Part shown: one piece after another, positions 40,609 to 49,423 of the stretch | How the letters are laid out: each line of letters starts with the position of its first letter | Position numbering within the stretch: position 1 is the stretch's first letter | Origin: an uncultured delta proteobacterium | GTDB taxonomy: Bacteria > Myxococcota > UBA727 > VGSZ01 | NCBI GenBank assembly: GCA_963775425.1 | Contig: CAVZJB010000004.1 | Span: 384,001 to 448,000, forward strand | Direction of reading: 5' to 3' | Length of the DNA stretch: 64,000 nucleotides | Translations under genes and position numbers: made by a program | The notes under the pieces: generated by a model | Database searches by the model: none | What the model was told of the DNA's origin: nothing | What the model saw: the letters and a program-made list of their open reading frames with translations, nothing else

Positions 40609-42711
40609 TCAGTTGCCGGTGATCGTGTTGTCTTCCGGCGGCTTGCAACCCTTTGTCAGCGTGTACTGATAGGTGCCGAGCTCGTCGCGCCAGTACTCGC
40701 CCTCGAAGGGCCAGTAGAGGCGTTCGTCGTCGACAGCCGTCGAGTCGCGATAGCCGAACAGGTCCGTCTTCTCGGTGGTGCCGGTGAGGGTGGCCTCGAG
40801 CGCTTCCTTTTCGCCCTTGGTGATCTCGAACTGGATGCGCACCAGCTTGCCGGTGAGGTCCTTCAAGAAGGATCGCTCGCTGGTGAGCTTCTCCTGCAGG
40901 AGCGAGCCCGCCTGATGCACGAGCTCGTCGCGCCGCTTGTCGACGGCGGCGTTGGTGTCTTGATAGCTCTGGCTGCCGTTGAACGGCTGGGCGAGCGCGG
41001 CCAGGCGCTGCTTCTCGTCGTCGACCTCGGCGATGGCGTCGCGGTAGCCCCGCACGCGCTTGTCGGAGAGCGCGAGGCGCAGCAGGCGCGCGGTGAGCGC
41101 GAAGGAGCGGTTCTGGTCGTCCCGCCCCTCCTTCACCTTGGTCTCGAGGTCGGTGAGCTCCTCGTACATCTGCTTGGCGCTCTTGGGCTCTGGCTTCTTC
41201 GCCTTCGGGTCGACCTTGCCGTCCTTGCCAATGACCTCGTCGCCGATGAGCCGGTTGAGCTCGGTGAGCACGCCGCCGTAGTTCTGCTCGAACTCGCCGA
41301 GGAACGCGCGCGCCTCGGGGTAGCGGCAGTTCTCGTAGAACGTGATGGCCTTCAGGATGGCCGCCTCGGGGTAGTACTCGTCCTGGAAGAACGGGGACTG
41401 CAGCGTGACGAGGTTGCCGAGCGCCTTCTGGTACTCGCCGAGACGGAAGTGCGCCCACGACGACTCGAACAATGCCTCCAGCCACTGTTCGGAGTCGCGG
41501 TCGATGCGGTCGTAATAGAAGATGGCGTAGCGGAACTGCTCGAACTGGTAGTGGATGCGCGCGAGCGAGAAGAACGCCATCTCACGAAGCTTGGGGTTGT
41601 CGACGCTGCCGGTGCGCGGGTTGGTCATGCGCACGACGTTCTGGAACTCGGTGACGGCGGGCTGGAATTCGCCCTTGGCGAAGTGCACCAGGCCCTTGAT
41701 GTAGACGGCCTGCGCGTAGAGCGTGAAGTCTTTCTTCACGCGGTTGAGGTTGTCGAGGCTCAGCTTGAGCGCCTCGTCCGCCGTCTTGGGACCATCGAAG
41801 CCGTGGGTCTCCGGGGGCTTTTCCTCGGTGACGGGCTTGTCCTCCTCGGCCGTCTTGGCCTCTTCCTTCTCCTTCTTCGCCCGGTGCGAGCGCGTGTGCT
41901 TCTTGGGCTTGACGTCCTTCACCTTGCTGCTGCCCATGTCGAAGAGGTCGTCCTGGGCGACCTTGTCGCCGACGACCCAGTCGCCGTCGCCGCCGCCGAG
42001 AGCGTCATCGTCGAAGTTGAAGCCGCCGCCGTCGTCGTCCTTCTTGTCTTCCTTCTTCTCTTCCTTCTTGCCCTTGCCCTTGCCCTCGCCCTTGCCGTTG
42101 ACGTTCTCGAAGTCGAGGGCGCCGGTGTCGCCCTTGTCCTCGACGGGCTTGTCGTCCTTCTGCTCGACCGCGACGCCCTTGGCGCCGAGCTCGAGCGCCG
42201 TGAGGAAGTAGTAGCGGCCGAGGGAGTAGCCGAGCTCGCTTTGGTACTCGGCCGGGATGTCCTCGGCCTTGGCGTAGCGCGCCACCAGCCTGAGCGCGGC
42301 GAGCTCGTCTTTGATCTTGCGCGCGATGAAGAACAGCCACTCGCGGGTCTGTGCGTACATCGGGTGCTTGGGACCCGCCTCGAGGATCTTCTGAAAGCAC
42401 GCGAGCGACGCGTGGTAGGCCTGCATTTTGTAGTAGGCCTTGCACATGTCGTACTGCACGGAGGGGTGGAACTTCTTGAGCTTCTTGTCCTGCAGGATGC
42501 CGTCGAAGGCCGCGAGCGCCTCGCCGAAGCGCTCCTGCGCCAGCAGGTCCTTGGCGTCCTCGACCCTCTCCTTGTCGGTGTCCGTGACCTTCTCCTCCAC
42601 GATGTCGAAGCTGAAGTCGTCGCCGCCGCCGCCGCCGCCGCCCGCCTGGGCGTAGGCCGCCGGCGCGCCGGTCATGACGCTCGCGAGCACCACCGCCGTC
42701 AAACGCTTCAC
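40609..42711 (-). CDS. gltC: Periplasmic TPR protein GltC
   Basis: WLEALFESSWA.F..G.YQKALGNL.TL.SPFF; C-terminal YWPFEGEYWRDELG.Y.YTLTKGC. Confidence 0.88.
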   Translation of the reverse strand: MKRLTAVVLASVMTGAPAAYAQAGGGGGGGDDFSFDIVEEKVTDTDKERVEDAKDLLAQERFGEALAAFDGILQDKKLKKFHPSVQYDMCKAYYKMQAYHASLACFQKILEAGPKHPMYAQTREWLFFIARKIKDELAALRLVARYAKAEDIPAEYQSELGYSLGRYYFLTALELGAKGVAVEQKDDKPVEDKGDTGALDFENVNGKGEGKGKGKKEEKKEDKKDDDGGGFNFDDDALGGGDGDWVVGDKVAQDDLFDMGSSKVKDVKPKKHTRSHRAKKEKEEAKTAEEDKPVTEEKPPETHGFDGPKTADEALKLSLDNLNRVKKDFTLYAQAVYIKGLVHFAKGEFQPAVTEFQNVVRMTNPRTGSVDNPKLREMAFFSLARIHYQFEQFRYAIFYYDRIDRDSEQWLEALFESSWAHFRLGEYQKALGNLVTLQSPFFQDEYYPEAAILKAITFYENCRYPEARAFLGEFEQNYGGVLTELNRLIGDEVIGKDGKVDPKAKKPEPKSAKQMYEELTDLETKVKEGRDDQNRSFALTARLLRLALSDKRVRGYRDAIAEVDDEKQRLAALAQPFNGSQSYQDTNAAVDKRRDELVHQAGSLLQEKLTSERSFLKDLTGKLVRIQFEITKGEKEALEATLTGTTEKTDLFGYRDSTAVDDERLYWPFEGEYWRDELGTYQYTLTKGCKPPEDNTITGN

Positions 42712-43547
42712 GACCGCACCCGCGCCGCCTCGTAGCGGTATTGGAAATCGAACGGAAAATAGAAGCCCACGCCCATGGAGAACAACAGCAGGTTCTGGAG
42801 CGTGGAGATGCTCTGGCGGTCCTGCGGATAGATGTAGTCGCGGAGGTCGGTGCGCACGACGAGCCAGCGCAGGAGGAAGACCCGCAGGCCGGCGCCGATG
42901 TCCATGGTCGGGTGCACCGGGTCCTTGTTGGTGTCGAAGACCGCGCCGGCGCCTGCGATGGCGAAGGCGTCGAAGTGGATGATGGCGTCGGACAGCACCG
43001 CGAGCTTGCCGTACACGGGCGAGAACGTGATGCCGGCGTCGGCGAGGCCGATGACGTCGGCGTCGGCGTTGATCAGGCGCTGCTGCTGGCGGAGCTGATC
43101 GAGCGGGGCCAGCTTCTCGACGAAGAACGGCGGGACGTAGGCGCCGCCGACCTCGAACGCGAACGCGTCGTTCAGGTGGTACGCGACGCGGCCCGCGAGC
43201 GACCAGGTGCGCTTGAACGGATCGTTGGTGGTGACCATGACCGCCGGCTGCAGCTCGAAGCGGTTCTCCTTGAGGAAGACCTTGCGGCTCACCGCCTTGA
43301 TGCGGTCCTTGAGGGTGAGGTTGATGCCCTCGTCGAGCTTGCTCTCGCTCTCGTCGCTTCCGGTGTCGCCGCTGTCGGTGTCGTTGCCGACGTCGTCGGG
43401 GTTGTCGTCCGCGGGCGGCGTGTCCGCGGGCGGCGTGTCGTCGGCCGGCGGCGCGTCCGGGGCCGGCGGCGGCGTGCTGAAGTCGAACCCGTCCGCGAGC
43501 GCGGCCGGTGCGCCCGTCATCAGGGCGGCGAGGACGAGAGCTCTCAT
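42708..43547 (-). CDS. GltA/GltB-family outer-membrane beta-barrel
   Basis: DRIKAVSRKVFLK..RFEL.P, NDPF, FSPVYGKLA, IHFD, G.G.YFP. A versus B not resolved. Confidence 0.85.
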   Translation of the reverse strand: MRALVLAALMTGAPAALADGFDFSTPPPAPDAPPADDTPPADTPPADDNPDDVGNDTDSGDTGSDESESKLDEGINLTLKDRIKAVSRKVFLKENRFELQPAVMVTTNDPFKRTWSLAGRVAYHLNDAFAFEVGGAYVPPFFVEKLAPLDQLRQQQRLINADADVIGLADAGITFSPVYGKLAVLSDAIIHFDAFAIAGAGAVFDTNKDPVHPTMDIGAGLRVFLLRWLVVRTDLRDYIYPQDRQSISTLQNLLLFSMGVGFYFPFDFQYRYEAARVRS

Positions 43548-44386
43548 GACTTCCCTCCGATGACTTCGCTCGAGTAGTCGAAGTCGAGCGGGAGGTGGAT
43601 CCCCATCCCGAAGGTGAGGATGAGCGAATTCGGGAACGTCAGCTTGTTGCCGACACTGAGGGGATAGACGTAGTTCCGCAGATCCGCGCGCGCCGTCAGC
43701 CAGTGCGTGAGGAACACGCGGCTGCCCACGCCGACCTCGACGGCGGGGTGGACGACGTCGGCGGTGTTGTCGAAGGTGGCGCCGAGGCCGCCGGAGAGGA
43801 AGCCGTCGAAGTGGATGACCTCCTCCGCGAGCAGCGCGAGCTTGCCGTAGAACGGCGAGAACGTGACGCCGCCGTCGACGTAGCCGAGCTGCTTGACGAT
43901 GTTGACGCAGGCGGTGCCCTTCGCGACGCCCTTGCCCCCGCAGTCGACGATGCCGCCCTGGAGCACGCGCACGTCCTCGAGGAGCTGCGGGAACACCGTG
44001 CCGGCGCCGCCGAAGTCGATCGCGAGCTCCTCGTTGAAGTGGTAGCTGGCGCGCCCGCCGACGGACCAATCGCGCTCGAGCGCGTCGTTGGTGGTGAAGC
44101 CGAACTGCGGCTCGATCTCGAAGCGCTGGCGCTTGAGGAACACGCGGCGCGACACGGCGCGGATGCGCTCTTGCAGCGTCTTGCCCGTGCTGCCGTCGTC
44201 GGCGGTGGTGGTGCCGGCGTCCTTGCTCTCGCTTTGCAGGTCGGTGTCTCCGGCGGCGGGCGCCGGATCCGCCGCGCGGGCGGGGGAGGCGATCGCGATG
44301 GAGGCGATCGCGATGGTGATGGCGGCCAAGGGGAGCGGCCGCGGTTCAATCGCGCGCTGAGCGGATCGCTTTGCACATGTCGTCAC
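43544..44386 (-). CDS. GltA/GltB-family outer-membrane beta-barrel (paralog)
   Basis: ERIRAVSRRVFLKRQRFEIEP, NDAL, FSPFYGKLA, IHFD. Confidence 0.85.
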   Translation of the reverse strand: MTTCAKRSAQRAIEPRPLPLAAITIAIASIAIASPARAADPAPAAGDTDLQSESKDAGTTTADDGSTGKTLQERIRAVSRRVFLKRQRFEIEPQFGFTTNDALERDWSVGGRASYHFNEELAIDFGGAGTVFPQLLEDVRVLQGGIVDCGGKGVAKGTACVNIVKQLGYVDGGVTFSPFYGKLALLAEEVIHFDGFLSGGLGATFDNTADVVHPAVEVGVGSRVFLTHWLTARADLRNYVYPLSVGNKLTFPNSLILTFGMGIHLPLDFDYSSEVIGGKS

Positions 44387-44623
44387 AGAGACTGGCCTCC
44401 GCGTCGTCGGAACAACCTCGCTGTTAACACTTTGGCCGAAGCGCAGACAACTTCGCGCCTGGGCGCAGCCACGCGCCGGCGTCCGGGAGATGACCGGCGT
44501 CCGGTAGATGACCGGTACGGCCGGCGGCGCCTACACCAACGGCGCACGGGCGTGGTAGAGATCCCGGTCAAGCGGTGACGGTTCTGCGGGCGTCGGCCCA
44601 AACCGCACCCGAGGTGCTCATTC

Positions 44624-45163
44624 ATGCGCGGTCTTTCTGTCCTGTTCGTCCTCGTCACCGTCGCCGGAGGGCTCGCCTGTGAGCCGGAGGTCGGCGGGCT
44701 CTGCGATCCCGATCCGAAGAAGGTCGCCGACCACATCGAGGTGAAGAAGGGGACCAACAATCTCGTGCAGGACGTCGAGCTCGACAATTGCAGCGAGGGC
44801 TTCTGCCTCTCCACCGACGGCAGCCGCCCCTATTGTACCAAGCAGTGCGAGGCCGACATCGAGTGCGCCGAGGCCGGCGAGGGCTTCACCTGCCAGGCCG
44901 TCATCAACTTCGGGCCGCTCGCGTGCCAGGACTACGAGCAGTTCAAGGACAACAAGACGTCGGGCGACTGCCAGGCCGACGGCACCTGCACCAACACGGA
45001 CGAGACCTGCCAGGTGGACGTCACCGACGGCCAGCAGAAGTGCGGCGTCCCCGGCAAGGACTGCCTCACCGGCGACAACGGCGCCTTCTCGGCGCTCCCG
45101 CTCAAGTACTGCGCTGCGTCACCGGACGTCATCGCCGCGCGCGACAAGCAGTACGGCCGCTGA
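44624..45163 (+). CDS. gltK: Cys-rich lipoprotein GltK/CglC-like
   Basis: GLAC-EPEVG..C lipobox; C...FCL...YCTK.C pattern; divergent from the barrel pair as in M. xanthus. Confidence 0.72.
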   Translation: MRGLSVLFVLVTVAGGLACEPEVGGLCDPDPKKVADHIEVKKGTNNLVQDVELDNCSEGFCLSTDGSRPYCTKQCEADIECAEAGEGFTCQAVINFGPLACQDYEQFKDNKTSGDCQADGTCTNTDETCQVDVTDGQQKCGVPGKDCLTGDNGAFSALPLKYCAASPDVIAARDKQYGR

Positions 45164-45323
45164 CGTAAGCCACGGACCTACATGCCCGCCCCGCGCCATC
45201 AGGAGGCGGGTGTGATCTCGCGGAGATCCTCCGCGGGCGCTGCTCGTTCATACTCATGGTTCTGGCGGATGAACAAAACCGCGCCCGTGGTTGTCCCAAC
45301 GAGAATATCCGGGGTCTGATCTC

Positions 45324-46737
45324 ATGCAACGCACCGCCGTCATCTACGGACTCGCCCTCTCCACCCTCGTGGGAGCCTTCTTCCTCGCGCCGCGCCTCAG
45401 GCCGCACAAGCAGCCCGACCCGGTCCCGGTGCCCACGCCGAGCGCCGCGCCCGTCACCGAATCTCGTCTACTCGGACGGCGTCCTCGAGGCGCACGCCCG
45501 CCTCGACCGCGGCTACCTGATGGCGCACGGCAGCGAGCCCGTGTGGGTGGACCTGGCCATCAAGGCCAGCGGCGTCCAGACCCGCGCGCCGCTCACGTCG
45601 GTGCTGGTCATCGACCGCTCCGGCTCCATGGCGGGCGACAAGATCGACGCGGCGCGCATGGCCGCGGAGCGCTTCGTGCGCGAGGTGAAGGACGGCGACG
45701 CCGTCGGCATCATCACCTTCGGCACCGACGTCACCGTCGAGCTGCCCGTCACCGTCATCGACTCCGCCTCGCGGACGCGCGCGCTGCACGTCGTGCGCAA
45801 CATCGAGGAGGGCGGCGGCACCAACATCGACGGCGCCATGAGCTCGGCGCGCCAGATGCTCGCGTCGGCGGACCTCCTCGGCCGCGTCGGCCGCGTCGTC
45901 CTCATCTCCGACGGCCGCCCCACGGAGGGCGACCGCCGCGAGTCTTCGCTCGTGAGCCACGCGACGCGCCTGCGCGAGAAGGGCATCGTCACGTCCACGC
46001 TCGGCCTGGGCCTCGACTACAACGAGGACCTCATGGAGCACATGGCCGTCGAGGGCGGCGGCCGCTACCACTACCTGCGCACGCCCGATCAGCTCGCGCA
46101 GATCCTCGACGACGAGCTCCAGCAGGCCTCGGCCGTCGTCGCCGCCGGCGTGAAGGTCTACCTGCCCCGCGATCTCGGTGGCCTCATGTTCGCCGACGCC
46201 CCCGGCGCCAAGGTCTCCGCCGGCGAACGCGTCGCCGTCGACGTCGGCGACCTCGCCGCGGGCGAGGAGCGCCACGTGCTCCTGAAGCTCACGGCCAACG
46301 ACATCGCCGGCGGCGCGCTGTCTTTCGCCGCGCCCGAGATCATCTACCGGAAGATCACGGACCGCAGCGACGCGCTGCTCGCCAACAAGGCCGACCCGTT
46401 CCAGATGCTCGTCACCGGCGACGCCACCAAGCTCGAGCAGAGCCGCGTCGACGACGTCCGCGTGCGCGTCCTCCAGGTGGAGGCGAGCCTCGCCCTCACC
46501 GAGTCCATGCAGCACTACGCCAAGGGCGACGCCAACTTCGCCCGCCAGCACCTCGCCCAGAAGAAGGCCGAGCTGCGCAGCTTCGCCAACAAGACCAAGA
46601 GCGCTTCGCTGGCCCGCGAGGTGAAGAACCTCGACGACGTCCTCAACGAGGTCAGCGCGGCGCCCGCGCCGTCGTCGGACAAGGCGCAGGACATGATCAA
46701 GGTGCAGAAGGCGCGCGCCTTCGAGCTGCGCCGGTGA
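45324..46737 (+). CDS. Membrane-anchored VWA protein (YfbK-like); one extra base at about 45457-45459
   Basis: ATG 45324 gives MQRTAVIYGLALSTLVGAFFLAP..PVT, then the product continues in another frame as NLVYSDG. MIDAS DRSGS, GGTN, ISDG, GLGLDYNEDLM. Confidence 0.8.
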
Positions 46738-46819
46738 CCTTCGGGCCGGGGGACGGCGCCCGCGGCCGCCCCGGCTCCCCGACGACGGCGCTCGCCGTCT
46801 CGCCCACGGAGAAATCGAG

Positions 46820-48064
46820 ATGGCCATGACGTTCAGAGACGCCCCGTCGTTCTGGAAGGAGACGCTCGCCGTGACGGGCGGGGCGGTGGCGGCGGGCGTG
46901 ACCGTCGGCGTCGTCGGCCCGGCGGCCCTCGGGCTCCCCGTCGTCGCTGCCGCCGGCGGCGCAGCGCTGCTGGGCGGGTCGGTCGGTGCGGCGATGACGA
47001 GGCCGCGGCCGAAGCGCAAGGGCCTGCGGGTGCTCACCGGCCTCGTGGGCGGCGCGCTCGCGGCGGCGGGCTTCGCCTCCCTCGCGGCGCTGCTCGGCCT
47101 CGGCGACACCGGCGTCGTCATCGGCGGCTGGCTCGGTGGGCTCGCCCTGGGCGCGCTGCTCGGCGTCGACGACAAGATGCGCCTGCCCAACCAGCTCGTG
47201 GGCCTCGTCGCTGCCTCGACCACGGGCGCCGTCGGCGCCCTCGCGCTGACGAAGATCGCGTCGTACGCGGCGTCGGAGAGCGCACCGGTCGGGCTCACGG
47301 CGGCGACGATGGCCGGCGTGCTCGGGCTGTGGGTGGCCGCGGCGGCGGGGCTGCGGCGCGTCGAGAAGGTGCGCGATCCCCTGCTGCAGCGGAGCGAAGA
47401 GGTGCTCGAGGGCCTGGCCGATCCCGTGCGCAAGAAGGTGGTGGAGGCGCTCGAGACCTACGAGGAGATCGAAGAGGGCATCCAGAAGACGGAGAACATG
47501 GCCGTCGACACCGCGGCCGAGGCGCGCAAGCAGGCGCGCACGCTCATGGAGTCGCTGCTCGAGACCGCCCAGACGTGGAAGCAGATCCACGGCGACCTCG
47601 CGAGCCCGCGCCTCAACGGCATCGAAGACAAGCTCGCCGACCTCGAGGCGCGCGCGGCAAAGACCGAGGACCCCGTCACCCAGGGGCACCTGCAGCGGGC
47701 GGCGCAGGCGCTGCGCGCCCAGAAGTCGGCCATCGACGGCTTGAAGGTGGGCTGCGACCGCGCCGAAGCCGCGCTCGACGCGCAGCAGGCGCTGCTCGAG
47801 CGGCTGCGCCTCGCCGTGGCCCAGCACCGCGTCTCCGACCGCGAGCGCTTCGCCGTCGAGGTCAGCGCGGTGGCGGACCAGGTGGCGCGACTGTCCGACG
47901 ACCTCGAGTCCATCTCCGCCGCCATCGCCGAGGCCGAGGCGCTGTCGGATCGCAAGCTCCTCGCCGACCTCGAGCGCGCCGGCCGCCGCGCGCTCTCGCA
48001 GCTCGGTGACGAGGTCGACGAGCAGGCCGTCGAAGAGCCCGCCGAGGTCGAGGCCTCGCGCTGA
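46820..48064 (+). CDS. Hypothetical membrane protein: Gly-rich TM helices plus long coiled coil
   Basis: About 6 hydrophobic segments in the first 175 aa; heptad-rich C-terminal half. Confidence 0.8.
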   Translation: MAMTFRDAPSFWKETLAVTGGAVAAGVTVGVVGPAALGLPVVAAAGGAALLGGSVGAAMTRPRPKRKGLRVLTGLVGGALAAAGFASLAALLGLGDTGVVIGGWLGGLALGALLGVDDKMRLPNQLVGLVAASTTGAVGALALTKIASYAASESAPVGLTAATMAGVLGLWVAAAAGLRRVEKVRDPLLQRSEEVLEGLADPVRKKVVEALETYEEIEEGIQKTENMAVDTAAEARKQARTLMESLLETAQTWKQIHGDLASPRLNGIEDKLADLEARAAKTEDPVTQGHLQRAAQALRAQKSAIDGLKVGCDRAEAALDAQQALLERLRLAVAQHRVSDRERFAVEVSAVADQVARLSDDLESISAAIAEAEALSDRKLLADLERAGRRALSQLGDEVDEQAVEEPAEVEASR

Positions 48065-48141
48065 GCAGGCGTCCCGAACGCGCTGGGATGGGCCACAGGC
48101 GAGGCGGCGCGCGCAGCGAAACGATGTGCTACGCGGCGGTC

Positions 48142-48687
48142 ATGCGCGCCGCCGTCGTCGCCCTCTCCGCCCTCTCCGCCCTCGCCGCGGGATGCACCGC
48201 GTCCGCTTCAGCCCCCGAGGCGCCCGCGCACGCGCCGCTGCCCGTGGCGGAGGGGCCGAGCCCCGTGCCTGCGATGCCGGTGCACAAGGCGGGCGTCACC
48301 ATCGACGCCAAGGACGGCCCGGTGCACTTCGCCGTCGAGCTCGCCATCAAAGACACCGAGCGCCAGCGCGGCCTCATGTTCCGCGAGCACCTCGACGACG
48401 ACGCGGGCATGTTGTTCATCTTCGAGCGCCAGCACCCGCAGTCGTTCTGGATGAAGAACACGCGCATCCCGCTCGACATGATCTTCATCGACGAGGGCGG
48501 CACCATCGCCGGGATCGTCGAGGACGCGGAGCCCATGACCACCGTGTCGCGCCGCGTGGACAAGCCGTCCCGCTACGTGCTGGAGGTGAACGGGGGGACC
48601 ACGCGCCGCCGCGGCCTCGCCGCGGGCCAGCGCGTGCACTTCGAGGGCGTGCCGCCGAGCCTCGTGGATGCAAGGGTGTTGCAATGA
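48142..48687 (+). CDS. DUF192 family lipoprotein
   Basis: LAAGC lipobox; RQRGLMFR, GMLFIF, FWMKNTRIPLDMIF, YVLEVNGG. Confidence 0.92.
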   Translation: MRAAVVALSALSALAAGCTASASAPEAPAHAPLPVAEGPSPVPAMPVHKAGVTIDAKDGPVHFAVELAIKDTERQRGLMFREHLDDDAGMLFIFERQHPQSFWMKNTRIPLDMIFIDEGGTIAGIVEDAEPMTTVSRRVDKPSRYVLEVNGGTTRRRGLAAGQRVHFEGVPPSLVDARVLQ

Positions 48688-49208
48688 CCATCCACACCTT
48701 CGACGGCTTCGCGCCGCAGATCCACGACAGCGCCTTCGTCCACCCCGACGCCACCATCATCGGCAACGCCGTCGTCGGCGCCCGCTCGAGCGTCTGGCCG
48801 GCGACGGTGCTGCGCGCCGACATGAAGGGCAAGATCGTCATCGGCCAGGAGACCTCCGTGCAGGACGGCACCGTGGTGCACCTCACCGAGGACTTCAGCG
48901 ACACCTTCGTCGGCAACCGCGTCACGGTCGGTCACCGCGTGATCCTCCACGGCTGCATCGTCGAGGACGAGTGCCTGATCGGCATGGGCTCCATCATCCT
49001 GGACAACGCGCGCATCGGCACCGGCTCCCTCGTCGGCGCCGGCGCGCTGGTCACGCAGGGCACCGTCATCCCCCCGCACAGCCTCGTCCTCGGCTCGCCC
49101 GCCAAGGTCATCCGCCCGCTCAAGGAGAAGGAGCGCAAGATGATCGACGACGGCTGGCCCACGTACGTCGCGTACGCGGCCCGCTACCGGCAGCAGCTCC
49201 CGCGGTGA
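48684..49208 (+). CDS. Gamma-carbonic-anhydrase family protein (YrdA-like, left-handed beta-helix)
   Basis: VLRAD, VQDGTVVH, VTVGHRVILHGC, hexapeptide repeats; ATGA overlap. Confidence 0.92.
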   Translation: MTIHTFDGFAPQIHDSAFVHPDATIIGNAVVGARSSVWPATVLRADMKGKIVIGQETSVQDGTVVHLTEDFSDTFVGNRVTVGHRVILHGCIVEDECLIGMGSIILDNARIGTGSLVGAGALVTQGTVIPPHSLVLGSPAKVIRPLKEKERKMIDDGWPTYVAYAARYRQQLPR

Positions 49209-49423
49209 CGGGCCGCGCCCTCGTCGTCGTCGTCGTCGACGCGCGCGACGGCGCCGGGCGCACACGTGGGACCGTCGTCGCCGATGTGCGCGCCGCCGTC
49301 CCCATGTGCGTCGTCGAGGTGATGTCGGTCGTGTAAGTCCTTGTCCGCGCCGGCTTTTTGTCCGAGGTCGCGAACCAACCCAGATCGCCCCACGCAGACG
49401 ACAACCATGGCGGAGGGGCTGCC

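Noticed and set aside
17499-42735. Long plus-strand ORFs (e.g. 25543..30129, 37263..40622, 30978..33980)
   Set aside because: Antisense shadows of real genes caused by high GC3; no recognisable domains.
45324-46737. cglB next to gltK
   Set aside because: No lipobox or Cys-rich pattern; motifs are those of YfbK-like VWA proteins.
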